From: a virus
Taxonomy: Duplodnaviria; Heunggongvirae; Uroviricota; Caudoviricetes
Reading direction: 5' to 3' (one strand)
DNA: 64,000 nt
Virus record (IMG/VR): IMGVR_UViG_3300020429_000539
Span: 236,263 to 300,262 of that record
Positions within the stretch are counted from its first letter, which is position 1, and every line of letters begins with the position of its first letter. Positions 19,236 to 29,419 of the stretch are shown here, piece after piece. A program made the position numbers and the translations under genes. The notes below the pieces were generated by a model. It did not search any database. It saw only the letters and a list, made by a program, of their open reading frames with translations, and was not told the DNA's origin.

Positions 19236-20383
19236 CAGGACCAAATACTCCAACAGAGCGGAACTTTGTTGTCAATGTTGACAGACGACCAGTAAATATT
19301 ATTAATGCGTTCGGTGCGGGCTATGGACAAAGCTGTTTTCCTGATGAAGATTTCTACGGTCAGCCTTGCTGGTTTCGTGGACCCGATGCTATTCAGAACT
19401 TAGTTGACAGGATAGAGGCTCTATATCAGTCAGGGTGGCGAAGGATATGGGTCAATAGACCGATGGGAGCCCCACAGGGCGGGGCACTTGTTCCAAGCAT
19501 GTGTTGGGAAACGATTACCGAAGAGAAGCAAGAGGGCGTGAGAACAATCTTGACTGATTATCTTGCAACAAGACCTGAGCTAAGTTTTGGTATATATATT
19601 GGATACACTTTGCCAGAAAATTGTTCAGTATGGGAAATGTATAATACTAGAACGCCAGATTTTACTAAAAGAGAAGATATACAACAAATCAATTGCAACT
19701 TAAAAGAATGGATTAAGGCCGGCATAAAAGAGATTCACTTTGATGCTGCCGCTACAACAACTAATAAAGAAACATTTCCGCAGCTTGTAAGATTACTTTG
19801 GAGTCAGGGTGTTCTATCGGGAGGCGAGGCTTTTCCTAAAATCGATGTTACGCTGCCTACGGGCGAGCCAGGAAGACTACCGGATCCTGCGTTTACCAAT
19901 CTTGTTCCATGGATGTTTTTGGAACAACATTATAACAGGGGAGGGCCAAATGAGAGGTCATGGCCTTATTGGGAAGTTGATCCAGATCGTAGTATGATGC
20001 ATGTTTGTTTTCAAGGTAAAGTAGACCAAATAACAAATACGGACACGCCGCAGGCTCGCGCCCATATTGATGACTGGGTGGATAGGGGTTTCATTCCTTG
20101 CAGTTGGAATGGAAACTCATGGTTCAATGACTATATATTGTCTACCTATGCTGCCAACCTGGGCGACCAATCGACCTTTGTGAGAGGTAGATTTTTGACT
20201 GGCGATGTCATAACTGGTTCGGGCGGTTCTGTTGAAGGCGGAACTAGCGGCACTTCGCCAGGAGGGTCTGTTGGTGGCTCAACCGGCGGCGTTGTGGATC
20301 CTGATGACGGTAATGACGATGCGTTGCAGACAGGATTTGGGGAGATTGAGGTTAGCGACACGCAGCAAACTCAAATTCCCTGA
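19232..20383 (+). CDS. hypothetical protein (possible TIM-barrel hydrolase) with Gly/Ser/Thr-rich tail
   Basis: 383-aa ORF; GWRRIWVNRPMG and GIKEIHFDAA strand-loop patterns. Confidence 0.6.
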   Translation: MTGPNTPTERNFVVNVDRRPVNIINAFGAGYGQSCFPDEDFYGQPCWFRGPDAIQNLVDRIEALYQSGWRRIWVNRPMGAPQGGALVPSMCWETITEEKQEGVRTILTDYLATRPELSFGIYIGYTLPENCSVWEMYNTRTPDFTKREDIQQINCNLKEWIKAGIKEIHFDAAATTTNKETFPQLVRLLWSQGVLSGGEAFPKIDVTLPTGEPGRLPDPAFTNLVPWMFLEQHYNRGGPNERSWPYWEVDPDRSMMHVCFQGKVDQITNTDTPQARAHIDDWVDRGFIPCSWNGNSWFNDYILSTYAANLGDQSTFVRGRFLTGDVITGSGGSVEGGTSGTSPGGSVGGSTGGVVDPDDGNDDALQTGFGEIEVSDTQQTQIP

Positions 20384-21192
20384 AGCGTCCGAACATGATT
20401 CTTGGAGCGATTGCCTACTTGCCCATACCATCTAGAATCGACAAGTTCTTTCGCAGCTTCTTGATAGTCTTTTGCTTCAATGGCTGCACGGAATTCGGAA
20501 AATCGACTGAGACGGTCGATTCCCAAATTATAAGCCATGTCTGTTAGAATAAGTTGCACTGCGGCTGGTTGGTTTGTATAGGATGGGAATAGTTGTTGAG
20601 CATCTCTAGTTGCTATTTTAATATCTTCGCGAAAAAGCTTAGTAGCATGTTCAGGAGATATAGGCTGTTCGCCATTATAGACAGCTTCAAAATTGTAGCC
20701 AAGTTCTTCTATTCTATTTCTTGCGCTTGGATTGCCAAGAAAAAAGCCGTAACCAATCGATTTACTGTCTGCATCAGGATAGGAGAACAGACTAGGCCTG
20801 CCTCCGTAAGTTTCCCATTGAGCAGTAAACTGTTCTTGAGGATTTAGAGAAGTAGAGACCTGCTGCATGACTTCATTAGCATTTGTAGCGGCAGATTGGA
20901 CTTCTTGATTGATTTGTTGAACTATTTCAGGTGGCGCTTGTTGTATTATGGTCTGGGAGCCGCCGGGTTGAACAGACTCAACTTGATCGATAATAGATTG
21001 AGCCCTGCTTTCATCATGACCGATTTGTTTAATGGCTTCGCTTGGCGATACTCCTTGCACGCTGACAAGGATGATGGCGGCGGCAGGGATAACGCCCAAA
21101 GCGGCTCCCATTCCAAAGCTCTTAGCCCAATCAGCCGCGCGATTAGCTGTGCGGCAAGCGTCTTGTTGTCTTTGATGCTGATACCAGGACAT
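20371..21192 (-). CDS. phage lysozyme (GH24/T4-like) with N-terminal leader and hydrophobic segment
   Basis: WE..YPDA..SIGYG, DMAYNLG, AAKELVDSRWYGQVGNRS. Confidence 0.85.
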   Translation of the reverse strand: MSWYQHQRQQDACRTANRAADWAKSFGMGAALGVIPAAAIILVSVQGVSPSEAIKQIGHDESRAQSIIDQVESVQPGGSQTIIQQAPPEIVQQINQEVQSAATNANEVMQQVSTSLNPQEQFTAQWETYGGRPSLFSYPDADSKSIGYGFFLGNPSARNRIEELGYNFEAVYNGEQPISPEHATKLFREDIKIATRDAQQLFPSYTNQPAAVQLILTDMAYNLGIDRLSRFSEFRAAIEAKDYQEAAKELVDSRWYGQVGNRSKNHVRTLQGI

Positions 21193-21272
21193 AATGTAGT
21201 TTTTCGGCTTTCTAGGGCAGTTTCCTTTGAAAGTTTCGCATCGAGTGATTTTTGTACACAGAAAAGGAGAAA

Positions 21273-21623
21273 ATGACGATGAGTAAAGGTGTTACTTTGC
21301 ACGAGGTAAAGAAAATGGACGCAGATAGCGAACTCAAAATTCAGGCAATGGAAAAGGCTGTTGAGATTATTGACAGCATCATCAAGGCCTCCCATGATCC
21401 GGAAGCCATGATTGCGGGTGAGGCGCGTAAGGTTTACGAAGAGCTAAAAATGTGGGAGTGGCTTGAGAAATATCCTATCGAAGAAGAGAAGAATCGTTGG
21501 CTATACGTAACCATGATAGCCCAAACTCAGTACCGTCATTTGAAGTGGAAGAAGGATCATCCTGTCAAAAATGACAAACCAAAGAGTAAATGGGACAAGG
21601 TAGTAGGCAGAGCGGCTCGCTGA
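21273..21623 (+). CDS. hypothetical protein
   Basis: AAGGAG RBS, ATG 21273. Confidence 0.7.
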   Translation: MTMSKGVTLHEVKKMDADSELKIQAMEKAVEIIDSIIKASHDPEAMIAGEARKVYEELKMWEWLEKYPIEEEKNRWLYVTMIAQTQYRHLKWKKDHPVKNDKPKSKWDKVVGRAAR

Positions 21624-21807
21624 ATAATGTCAGCTTTTTCGGAGACCTCGGCACACGAGGCTACCGGGTGTCTTATCTTCTCAACTATCATACTATACCT
21701 CACGACTTTGTTTTTACAACTGATTGCTTTCTTCTCTCGATTCATCAGATTCGCGATGTGGAAGGCTTTGAGTCTATTTGTGATTATTTAGAAAGTTTCC
21801 AGTATCT

Positions 21808-22185
21808 ATGGGATTTGGCATCGTTCCAGTTTTAGCAGTTTTGGCCGCTTTTGGCATTACTATCCTCTTTTTTGAGAAGGGGGATGATTGGCCTATTGCG
21901 CCTGTGAGGAAAAGATTAGAAAAACTGTTAGCACTGGTCCACCCTAAAGCATCTGAAATGTTTGATTGTCCTGTTTGTACATCTTTCTGGGCCGCTTTAG
22001 TTGTCGATTTATTGATACTGTTCTTCCAAGAAGGAGTATACTTCTTTTGGCCCGTAAGTGGATTTGCTGCTTGTGCTTTTACATGGATAGTTTATCTTTT
22101 TCTGGAAGCTATTGGCGGCGATAAGGAAGAGGAATCAAATGGCTTACAAGATGACAAATCTATGGACGGGGAAGACAACAGTTAG
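21808..22185 (+). CDS. membrane protein, DUF1360-like
   Basis: three hydrophobic segments; FDCPVCTSFW motif. Confidence 0.65.
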   Translation: MGFGIVPVLAVLAAFGITILFFEKGDDWPIAPVRKRLEKLLALVHPKASEMFDCPVCTSFWAALVVDLLILFFQEGVYFFWPVSGFAACAFTWIVYLFLEAIGGDKEEESNGLQDDKSMDGEDNS

Positions 22186-23203
22186 AAACTATATATTGGT
22201 TTTTGCGGCTATAGGTTTATCTGCCTATTTTTTGCATATACCAGGTTGTTCTCTGACTAAAAAAGATCCTAAGCCAGTACAGGTTGATGAGCTTCCAGAC
22301 ACGACCGATGAAGCCAAGAAGGTTGGCGAAATCGGTAACAACGTTGGAGAAGTTGGCGGTCGCATTGGCGCTAGAGCCGATAGCATAGAAGCTAATACTA
22401 ATGACACACGAACTATTTTAGACAATCAACACCCCGGTTCTCGCGACTCAGTAGAGCCACAACTTGATGCCATTGATAACGAAGCAAAGGGACTGCGAGA
22501 TGACAGCGCTGAACTAAAAGTAGCTCAAGAGAGGCTTACCGATATCGAGGGACAGCTACTCGTAGAGCAAGAACGGGTTGAAAGTTTGACAGGCGATTTT
22601 GCAAATGCCAACTCAAAGATTCAAAGTCTTGAAGAAGAAAATAGAGAACTCAAAGACAAGGCCAATCGGTTGTTCAAAGAAAAGATGGCCTGGATTGGCG
22701 TTATATCTGTTTTCGGCATTGGAATTTCGGTCATGTTGATTTTCTTCACTCGAAGCAGCGCTGCCACCATGGTCGCCCTTGGGTTCGCGGCGACTCTGGG
22801 TATCTCTATTGCAGTTTCACTATATATGCAGTATATCGCTTGGGTGACAATAGCTGTCGTAGCAATAACGGCTATTGGAGTGATAGGCTATCTTGTCTAT
22901 ATGCGTATAACCGACAACAAGACTGTAGATGAGCTAGTCAGAACAGGAGAAGTAACAAAAGATTACCTCACGCAGGAAGCTCGCGATCATATCTTCGGTC
23001 GTGGAGCGGAACCTGGCGTTGCGGATAGTATTCAGTCGAAGGGGACAAAAAGGCAGGTGCAAGAAATTAGGCATTATAATACAACGCCTAAGCGTGGCTT
23101 CCAGCTTGCTTCCTCAACTGGAAGCGGCGCAAGGGTCGCTCGTCAGCCGATTGATGGACAGCCATTCATGGTTGTTGAGGACGAGCGGAATTTAGCCTAC
23201 TAA
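22139..23203 (+). CDS. membrane or lipoprotein with coiled coil and C-terminal TM helices
   Basis: N-terminal hydrophobic stretch plus PGC, long coiled coil, about 3 TM segments. Confidence 0.7.
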   Translation: MAYKMTNLWTGKTTVRNYILVFAAIGLSAYFLHIPGCSLTKKDPKPVQVDELPDTTDEAKKVGEIGNNVGEVGGRIGARADSIEANTNDTRTILDNQHPGSRDSVEPQLDAIDNEAKGLRDDSAELKVAQERLTDIEGQLLVEQERVESLTGDFANANSKIQSLEEENRELKDKANRLFKEKMAWIGVISVFGIGISVMLIFFTRSSAATMVALGFAATLGISIAVSLYMQYIAWVTIAVVAITAIGVIGYLVYMRITDNKTVDELVRTGEVTKDYLTQEARDHIFGRGAEPGVADSIQSKGTKRQVQEIRHYNTTPKRGFQLASSTGSGARVARQPIDGQPFMVVEDERNLAY

Positions 23204-23278
23204 GGCCCCAAACCTTCTTACTTAGATCACACTGGAAAGCCCCTTGTCGGGCGACATATGTATTGCGATAGGAGCATT

Positions 23279-24109
23279 ATGACGACGGACATAAACGATA
23301 AAGACGAAAAGATTGTAAAACTCTGGGATGAGTTTGATGTAGAAAAGGCCAAGGGAGATAAGAAATCTCAAGCCTATTTAGAAGCACGAAACCGTCTAAT
23401 AGAAGTTTACTATCCTATGGTATTTCAGATAGCTAAGCGAATGTCTTATAAGCTAAAGGATGTAACCGAGGACGAGCTATCCTCGTTTGGAGTAGACGGT
23501 CTCATGGACGCGGTTGAGGGCTTTGACCGCACCATGGATGTCAAGTTCAAGACCTATGCTATGTATCGAATACGCGGAGCTATTCTGGATAACATACGCA
23601 AGGTTGACTGGGTTCCTCGGCTAGTTCGTAAGCGCCATTCGGACCTTGAGCAGATGCGCCGTAAGTTTGAGGCTGAGTATGGGCGTCCTTTGACCGACAG
23701 TGAAATGGCCGAGAGAATGGGCTTGACTTTAGGGGAATATGAGGATATTCTCCGTCGCTCTACTCCGGTGGCCCTTATCTCGATGGATGCCCGAAGCCGA
23801 GGCGAGCAGGACCACGAAACAGAGACAATCGCCAACATTGCAATGGCGGAGGAAAAAGAGCCCCTGGACGATATGCTCAGGGACGAGATGTACAAGAAGT
23901 TGCTTGGCAAGAACTTCACGCCGTTGGAGCGAAAGATAATCCTCATGCACTATTATGAGGGTTTGACGATGAAAGACATAGCCGATTCAATCGGGTTTTC
24001 CGAATCACGCATCAGTCAGCTACATGGGGATATCATACGCAGGCTAAAAAAGAAGATTGACTGCAATCCGCAATATGCAGAAGACCTGCAAAGAATGCTA
24101 AAAGTGTAA
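23279..24109 (+). CDS. RNA polymerase sigma factor, FliA/WhiG (sigma28) family
   Basis: GLMDAVEGFD, KFKTYAMYRIRGAILDNIRKVDWVPRLVR, region 4 YYEGLTMKDIA..SESRISQLH. Confidence 0.92.
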   Translation: MTTDINDKDEKIVKLWDEFDVEKAKGDKKSQAYLEARNRLIEVYYPMVFQIAKRMSYKLKDVTEDELSSFGVDGLMDAVEGFDRTMDVKFKTYAMYRIRGAILDNIRKVDWVPRLVRKRHSDLEQMRRKFEAEYGRPLTDSEMAERMGLTLGEYEDILRRSTPVALISMDARSRGEQDHETETIANIAMAEEKEPLDDMLRDEMYKKLLGKNFTPLERKIILMHYYEGLTMKDIADSIGFSESRISQLHGDIIRRLKKKIDCNPQYAEDLQRMLKV

Positions 24110-24118
24110 AGGTACGTC

Positions 24119-24673
24119 ATGCTGAGAGCCATAGTAGGAGATATCACGAAGGTACGGGATGTGGACGTTATTGTTAACGCCGCAAACGGTATCGGTGTGA
24201 TGGGCGCTGGCGTGGCTGGGGCTATTTCGCGTTCTGGCGGCGAAAAGTGGTCAAATCAAGTGAGAGATTACGCGAGAGATAATGGCCCATTCGAGGAGGG
24301 CTCCTGTTACTCAAACGATGACGCAGGTCTTCTCAAGCGACGAGGAATCAAGAAGGTCTACCATGCGGTTACGATGAAATATCCAGGTGGACCAACGAGT
24401 ATTGAGATTGTTCTTGAAGCAGTTCGCTCAGCAATCTCAAAGGCCCAACAAGAAGGCCATAACAGTATTGTTTTCCCTGGATTGGGTACAGGGATTGGAG
24501 GATTGGACAAGACTCAGGTCGCTCAGCGGATGGCAACAGAACTGCTTCCCTATCAGAAGAGAATGAATATTGCCATCGTTGATATGAGTCAGGAGTTCAT
24601 TAGTGCATTCAACAAGTCCATAGGACAGGAATCGGAAGGATCAAGAAATGAGACAGGAGACCCACCTAAGTAG
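24119..24673 (+). CDS. macro domain protein (ADP-ribose binding/hydrolase)
   Basis: GDIT, IVNAAN, MGAGVAGAI, FPGLGTGIGG. Confidence 0.92.
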   Translation: MLRAIVGDITKVRDVDVIVNAANGIGVMGAGVAGAISRSGGEKWSNQVRDYARDNGPFEEGSCYSNDDAGLLKRRGIKKVYHAVTMKYPGGPTSIEIVLEAVRSAISKAQQEGHNSIVFPGLGTGIGGLDKTQVAQRMATELLPYQKRMNIAIVDMSQEFISAFNKSIGQESEGSRNETGDPPK

Positions 24674-25289
24674 ACCAACGCTTGTGCTGAACGCGGCATG
24701 GAACCCCATTACCATCGCCTCGGTTCGTCATGCAATCTGCAAGGTTACGTCGGGTCTCGCGAAATTTCTTGATACCGAAAGCTACGTTACCTACGACTTT
24801 TGGGAGTGGGCGGAGCTTGAAGTGCCTGAGGGACAAACTGGCATCTCTATGGCAAGAGGCAGGCACTTGCGACTGCCCGAGATCATTGTCTTGGAGAAGT
24901 TCGACAAGTTCCCGCAGAGGTCCGTCAAGCTGACTCGTAGAAACCTGTTGATTCGTGACGGCTTTCGTTGTCAATACACGGGCAAGAGGGTATCCGGTAA
25001 GGATGCAACTCTTGACCACGTTATCCCGACATCGAAGGGTGGCAAGCACACTTGGGATAACCTTGTGATTGCGTCTTTGGCTGCAAACTCAAAGAAAGCC
25101 GATAAGACTCCAGAACAAGCTGGAATGAAGCTCTTGAAGAAACCTGTAGAACCCAAGTGGAGTCCTGTTTACTCCAAGTTCTCTCGTGTCTCACTAAAGG
25201 GTTCGCACCCTGATTCATGGGCTAAATTCCTGCCTCAAGAGAAACTATGGCACCCCGAAGACTACTGGGATGTCGAACTCAGTAGGTAA
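24648..25289 (+). CDS. HNH endonuclease
   Basis: TLVLNA, RRNLLIRDGFRCQYTG, TLDHVIP.SKGG..WDNLV..N..K. Confidence 0.9.
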   Translation: MRQETHLSRPTLVLNAAWNPITIASVRHAICKVTSGLAKFLDTESYVTYDFWEWAELEVPEGQTGISMARGRHLRLPEIIVLEKFDKFPQRSVKLTRRNLLIRDGFRCQYTGKRVSGKDATLDHVIPTSKGGKHTWDNLVIASLAANSKKADKTPEQAGMKLLKKPVEPKWSPVYSKFSRVSLKGSHPDSWAKFLPQEKLWHPEDYWDVELSR

Positions 25290-25291
25290 CT

Positions 25292-25978
25292 ATGGGAATT
25301 CGCAGGCATCTACGGTATTCAGAGGTAAGAACCCGTAACTCTATTAAGGGCTGGGGAGACCAACTCAAGGACGTACCAGCGTTCGTCTTGGGTAACTCCC
25401 CGGCCCTTAATGATGAAGACCTATCTACGCTTGAGCCATTTGTTACTATTGGACTGAATAGAGCTTTCTATAAAATAGACCCAACCATATTACTGTGGCA
25501 GGATATTGAGTTATGGTTTACTGAGCGCAAAAAGATATTGCGACTCAATGCCATCAAGGTGTGTAGAGATACGGCAGACCCGCAGAATCGTTTCTTTCAT
25601 TATCGTTTACGACCGGGTAACTTTAAGTTACCTGAATCACCGAATAATCTGCATGGCTTCGGCACGACTGGTCCTATAGGGGTTCAGCTTGCCTATGCTC
25701 TTGGCTGCAATCCTATCGTGATATTAGGTATGGATTGTGTGTGTAGAGGCCACTCAACCGATTTCTATGGACGAAACAGGCATCATAAGCCTCATACATT
25801 ATCAAACTGTCGGAAGGGGCTTAAGTGGATAAAAAAGGAAGTTGCCTCAAAACGAGAGGTAATTAATTGCTCTTCTGATAACGAATATTTCAAGTATACG
25901 CCGCTTGAAGAAGTTGTTGCTAGGTTGACGCCGAAATATGCGCAAAATCGAGGCGTATGGGCGAGTAAGCTGGTATGA
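25292..25978 (+). CDS. DUF115/Maf-like (MptE/glycosyltransferase-like) protein, paralog 1
   Basis: AFVLGNSPAL, TIGLNR, LGCNPIVILGMD, VINCS. Confidence 0.75.
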   Translation: MGIRRHLRYSEVRTRNSIKGWGDQLKDVPAFVLGNSPALNDEDLSTLEPFVTIGLNRAFYKIDPTILLWQDIELWFTERKKILRLNAIKVCRDTADPQNRFFHYRLRPGNFKLPESPNNLHGFGTTGPIGVQLAYALGCNPIVILGMDCVCRGHSTDFYGRNRHHKPHTLSNCRKGLKWIKKEVASKREVINCSSDNEYFKYTPLEEVVARLTPKYAQNRGVWASKLV

Positions 25979-26631
25979 TGCGCAACTACCAAAAGTTTCC
26001 GGTCGAAAAATGGGTTGACCTACTTAAGGGTGAACCTGCTTTCATATTAGGCAACTCGCCTTCTATACTAAAACATGACCTAGGTCTAATCTCAAACTAT
26101 TTTACCATAGGCATCAATCGCATCTATTTACTTATGGAACCAACAGTTCTTTTTTGGCAGGATATTGGACTATATGAAGACGGTGGAGATAAGCATGTAG
26201 AAGCCTGCAATTCAATCAAGCTTTGCAGAATTCAATGCGATAAGAGTAGACAATACAACAACTTTGAAGTCACATCAGGCAAATATAGATTTACAGGTCG
26301 TCCCAACAAGTATCAAGGCTCAGGTTGTTCGGCAGCGATTGCTTGTCAGCTTGCGCATGCAATGGGGGCTTCTCATATTGTTTTGCTGGGATGCGACGGT
26401 AAATATGCCGAAGATGGTCGAACAGACTTTTATGGCAAGAACACGCAGCATCGCAGGCACACGGTTCGCAACTTTGACAAGGGTTATGATTTTCTCAAAC
26501 GAGAATGCCCAGTTCCAATCATCAATTGTTCAGAAAATGAAAGATGGCCTCAAGTTTCACTCAAAGATGCTATCGAAGCAACAAAGCCCGTCGAGCGAGC
26601 CATAGGACAGTGGTTCGCCAAGCTTTGTTGA
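25975..26631 (+). CDS. DUF115/Maf-like protein, paralog 2
   Basis: AFILGNSPSI, TIGINR, MGASHIVLLGCD, IINCS; collinear with the upstream paralog. Confidence 0.75.
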   Translation: MMRNYQKFPVEKWVDLLKGEPAFILGNSPSILKHDLGLISNYFTIGINRIYLLMEPTVLFWQDIGLYEDGGDKHVEACNSIKLCRIQCDKSRQYNNFEVTSGKYRFTGRPNKYQGSGCSAAIACQLAHAMGASHIVLLGCDGKYAEDGRTDFYGKNTQHRRHTVRNFDKGYDFLKRECPVPIINCSENERWPQVSLKDAIEATKPVERAIGQWFAKLC

Positions 26632-26722
26632 AAGTGCAATAGAATTTAGTAAGATACAAGAAGCGAATGCTTCAACAGAGGATTCTCTGTCGAGATTATG
26701 CCCTTTTAAGGAGCCATGCAGG

Positions 26723-27859
26723 ATGGCTGAACACGAGCAATCAACCCAAGAAGTGACAAGCCCGCTTTATGCGGATAAACTCGCTGTCTTGAAGGATGGC
26801 AGGTATGAGCATGTTGCTATTATTTGCCATGACAGCCCCGACCCTGACTGTTTTGCAAGCGCTATGGCAATGAAGGCGATTGCCGAGTCATACGGTCTGT
26901 CAGCGGACATTTACTATGGCGGCGACGTTGGGCATACCCAGAATCGAGTGATGGTCAATGTTCTCAATATCATCACCACCAAACTTGATGCCGAAGAAGA
27001 TGAAGAGACAACAGGCACTATTGAGCAGGCTCTCAATACTAGCTACCTGGTTGTTGTTGATACCGCAAACTTTGGCAAAGAGAACTGTCGTTCGATAAAT
27101 AAGTTTGTGAAAGACAAAAGACAACCTGACCTTGTGGTCGATCATCATGAACATAATCCCAGTCTTGAATGTTCATACATTCATGAAATCAAGGGTTCAT
27201 GCTCAACAATCTTTTACCAGATTTTGAAGAGTCACGGAATCGCAATCAATAAGACTCTTGCGACTGCTCTTTACCTCGGCATTAATACAGATACCGCAGA
27301 TTTAAAGGCAGAAGGCACAACCGATGAAGACAGCGACACGTATCAAGATTTGAAGTCTCTCATTGATCTTGAGAAGTTCTTGCAGATTTTGAACTACCCT
27401 AAACCACTGGCCCTGGTCGATTTGAGAAGAAGGGCGTATGCTCAACTCGAAGTCACAGGAAATATCGCAGTTGGAAACGTTGGAGTCATTACGCCTCAGC
27501 AAAGGTCTTTGATTGGCGAGCTATGCGAAGAGCTTCTGGAAGTGGAGAGCATTGATACGGCGGTCATTATGGCTGTTGTTGATGAAGGAATGAAGGGCGA
27601 AAAATGGCTTGTTGCTTCGTTTAGAAGTAGCGTGCTTGCAATCAATACCAAAGATTTTATGACGAGTGTTTTTGGCAAGAGAAATGCAGGCGGAAGAAAG
27701 GGCTCTGGTGCAGCACAAATTGCGCTTGATGCCATTCATAAAAATGCTCTTGACCAGATTCGTCGAGACCATGGCGACAATGGAAAGCTTGCACAATATA
27801 CAGGTTTTCTGTTCCAGGCATATGCAGCGAAGATTAGGGAAGAGAAAGAGAACGTCTAA
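26723..27859 (+). CDS. DHH/DHHA1 phosphoesterase
   Basis: HDSPDPD, VVVDT, VDHH, GINTDT, AGGR. Confidence 0.9.
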   Translation: MAEHEQSTQEVTSPLYADKLAVLKDGRYEHVAIICHDSPDPDCFASAMAMKAIAESYGLSADIYYGGDVGHTQNRVMVNVLNIITTKLDAEEDEETTGTIEQALNTSYLVVVDTANFGKENCRSINKFVKDKRQPDLVVDHHEHNPSLECSYIHEIKGSCSTIFYQILKSHGIAINKTLATALYLGINTDTADLKAEGTTDEDSDTYQDLKSLIDLEKFLQILNYPKPLALVDLRRRAYAQLEVTGNIAVGNVGVITPQQRSLIGELCEELLEVESIDTAVIMAVVDEGMKGEKWLVASFRSSVLAINTKDFMTSVFGKRNAGGRKGSGAAQIALDAIHKNALDQIRRDHGDNGKLAQYTGFLFQAYAAKIREEKENV

Positions 27860-29301
27860 TGCGCCGTAAAGATTTGATAGATGAGATATTCGGTGGCAAC
27901 GGCTCTACAAGTGGAAAAGGGCAAAAAATGAGCAAAGAAGAACTTTCTGGTGTGTTGCTGACTGAATCAACACTTGACCAATATATAACCGCTATGCGCC
28001 ATGTAGAGGGCGGTTCCGCTCAAGACGAGGCAATACAGGAGTTTTTTGGCAGCGATGCATATGAAAACATATCAGACAATGGTTTTCATCCATATTCGCA
28101 TCACAAGCTTCAGTGGGTTCAATCTCAGTACTTTGATAAACTAGGTATGAAACTAATTAAGGCTTGTGATTACGGTTTCATAGGCGAACAGCCTCCGCAG
28201 ATGATAGATATTGAATACGAACCTGATAAAGTATTCAAAGGATACAAGCAGGGTGCAGTCTTTTATGCTTCGGAAGAAGGGAAAAAGGTAGTTATCGTTA
28301 TCCGCGAAAGCTATAACTCAAGTGGTTTTACTTATCAGCTTTATCATAATACGAATAACGAAACTTTGCTAAAGGACTGGATTGATCTCGCTGACGAAAA
28401 CAACTTCTATAAAGGCAAGAAGATAGACGCTTCGTGTCGTTTTCTTGAGCTAACTAACTATTCCTGGGAAGATGTGGTTCTACCTGAAAAGACTCTAGAA
28501 GTTATCAAAAATAACGTGCTTGGATTATTCAAGCATGCCGAGACTTTCCGGAAGTTTGGTATATCTATGAAGCGAGGGCTTATTCTTCATGGGCCTCCTG
28601 GTACGGGTAAAACACAGATATGCAAGGCTATAGCAAATGAGGCAGAAGCTTCTGTTCTTTATGTTCTGCCTTCTGATTTTCAGAATGAGCGAGGCGGAGT
28701 GCGACGGGTTACTCAGATGGCTAAAGACCTTGCTCCGTGTATTCTTATCATAGAAGACATGGATTGGATTGCAAAAAACCGTCACGCAAGCATGGTCGCT
28801 GGCTTTACAATGGAACTCATGAACCAGCTTGATGGGTTGGAAGAGTTTGGCGAAATCGTAACTATTGGCACCACTAATGCTCTTGAAGACCTAGAGAATG
28901 CCGTCAAGAATCGGCCTGGACGATTCGACCGAGTAATCGAGGTTCCTCATCCCGAAGAGGAGCAGCGAGAGGCTATGATTCGTCTTTTCACAAACAGGTT
29001 TACTCTTAGGGACGTAAACGTCGGGAAAATTGCCGAAAGCTTTGATGGACTGTCTGGTGCCCATGTCCGAGATATCTGTCAAACCGCTGCCCACTTTGCT
29101 GTCCGAGATGGAAGTATCGAATCAGACGGCGAAGAGCTTGTTATAACTGAAAAGCACTTTAAGAGAGCATGGAAAGAAGTAAAAGACAAAGATTATTCTT
29201 CTTATCAAGAAACACAGTCAACAGAGGGTAGAAAGCCCAATTTTGGCTTCCAGGCGAGACGCTCTGCTGACTATCTTGATGACGATGATGATCTTCTATA
29301 A
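27859..29301 (+). CDS. AAA+ ATPase
   Basis: GPPGTGKT, IIEDMD, TTN, RPGRFDR. Confidence 0.9.
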   Translation: MRRKDLIDEIFGGNGSTSGKGQKMSKEELSGVLLTESTLDQYITAMRHVEGGSAQDEAIQEFFGSDAYENISDNGFHPYSHHKLQWVQSQYFDKLGMKLIKACDYGFIGEQPPQMIDIEYEPDKVFKGYKQGAVFYASEEGKKVVIVIRESYNSSGFTYQLYHNTNNETLLKDWIDLADENNFYKGKKIDASCRFLELTNYSWEDVVLPEKTLEVIKNNVLGLFKHAETFRKFGISMKRGLILHGPPGTGKTQICKAIANEAEASVLYVLPSDFQNERGGVRRVTQMAKDLAPCILIIEDMDWIAKNRHASMVAGFTMELMNQLDGLEEFGEIVTIGTTNALEDLENAVKNRPGRFDRVIEVPHPEEEQREAMIRLFTNRFTLRDVNVGKIAESFDGLSGAHVRDICQTAAHFAVRDGSIESDGEELVITEKHFKRAWKEVKDKDYSSYQETQSTEGRKPNFGFQARRSADYLDDDDDLL

Positions 29302-29419
29302 ATCTTACCTGACTTCTGGCAATTTCTTTGGTGAAGAAGGGAAGGTAAGGACTTCCGATAGTCGAATAGTTCTCTTACGACTGATAGTAATGAGACAAGA
29401 TTTAATCGGAGGTTTTTGA

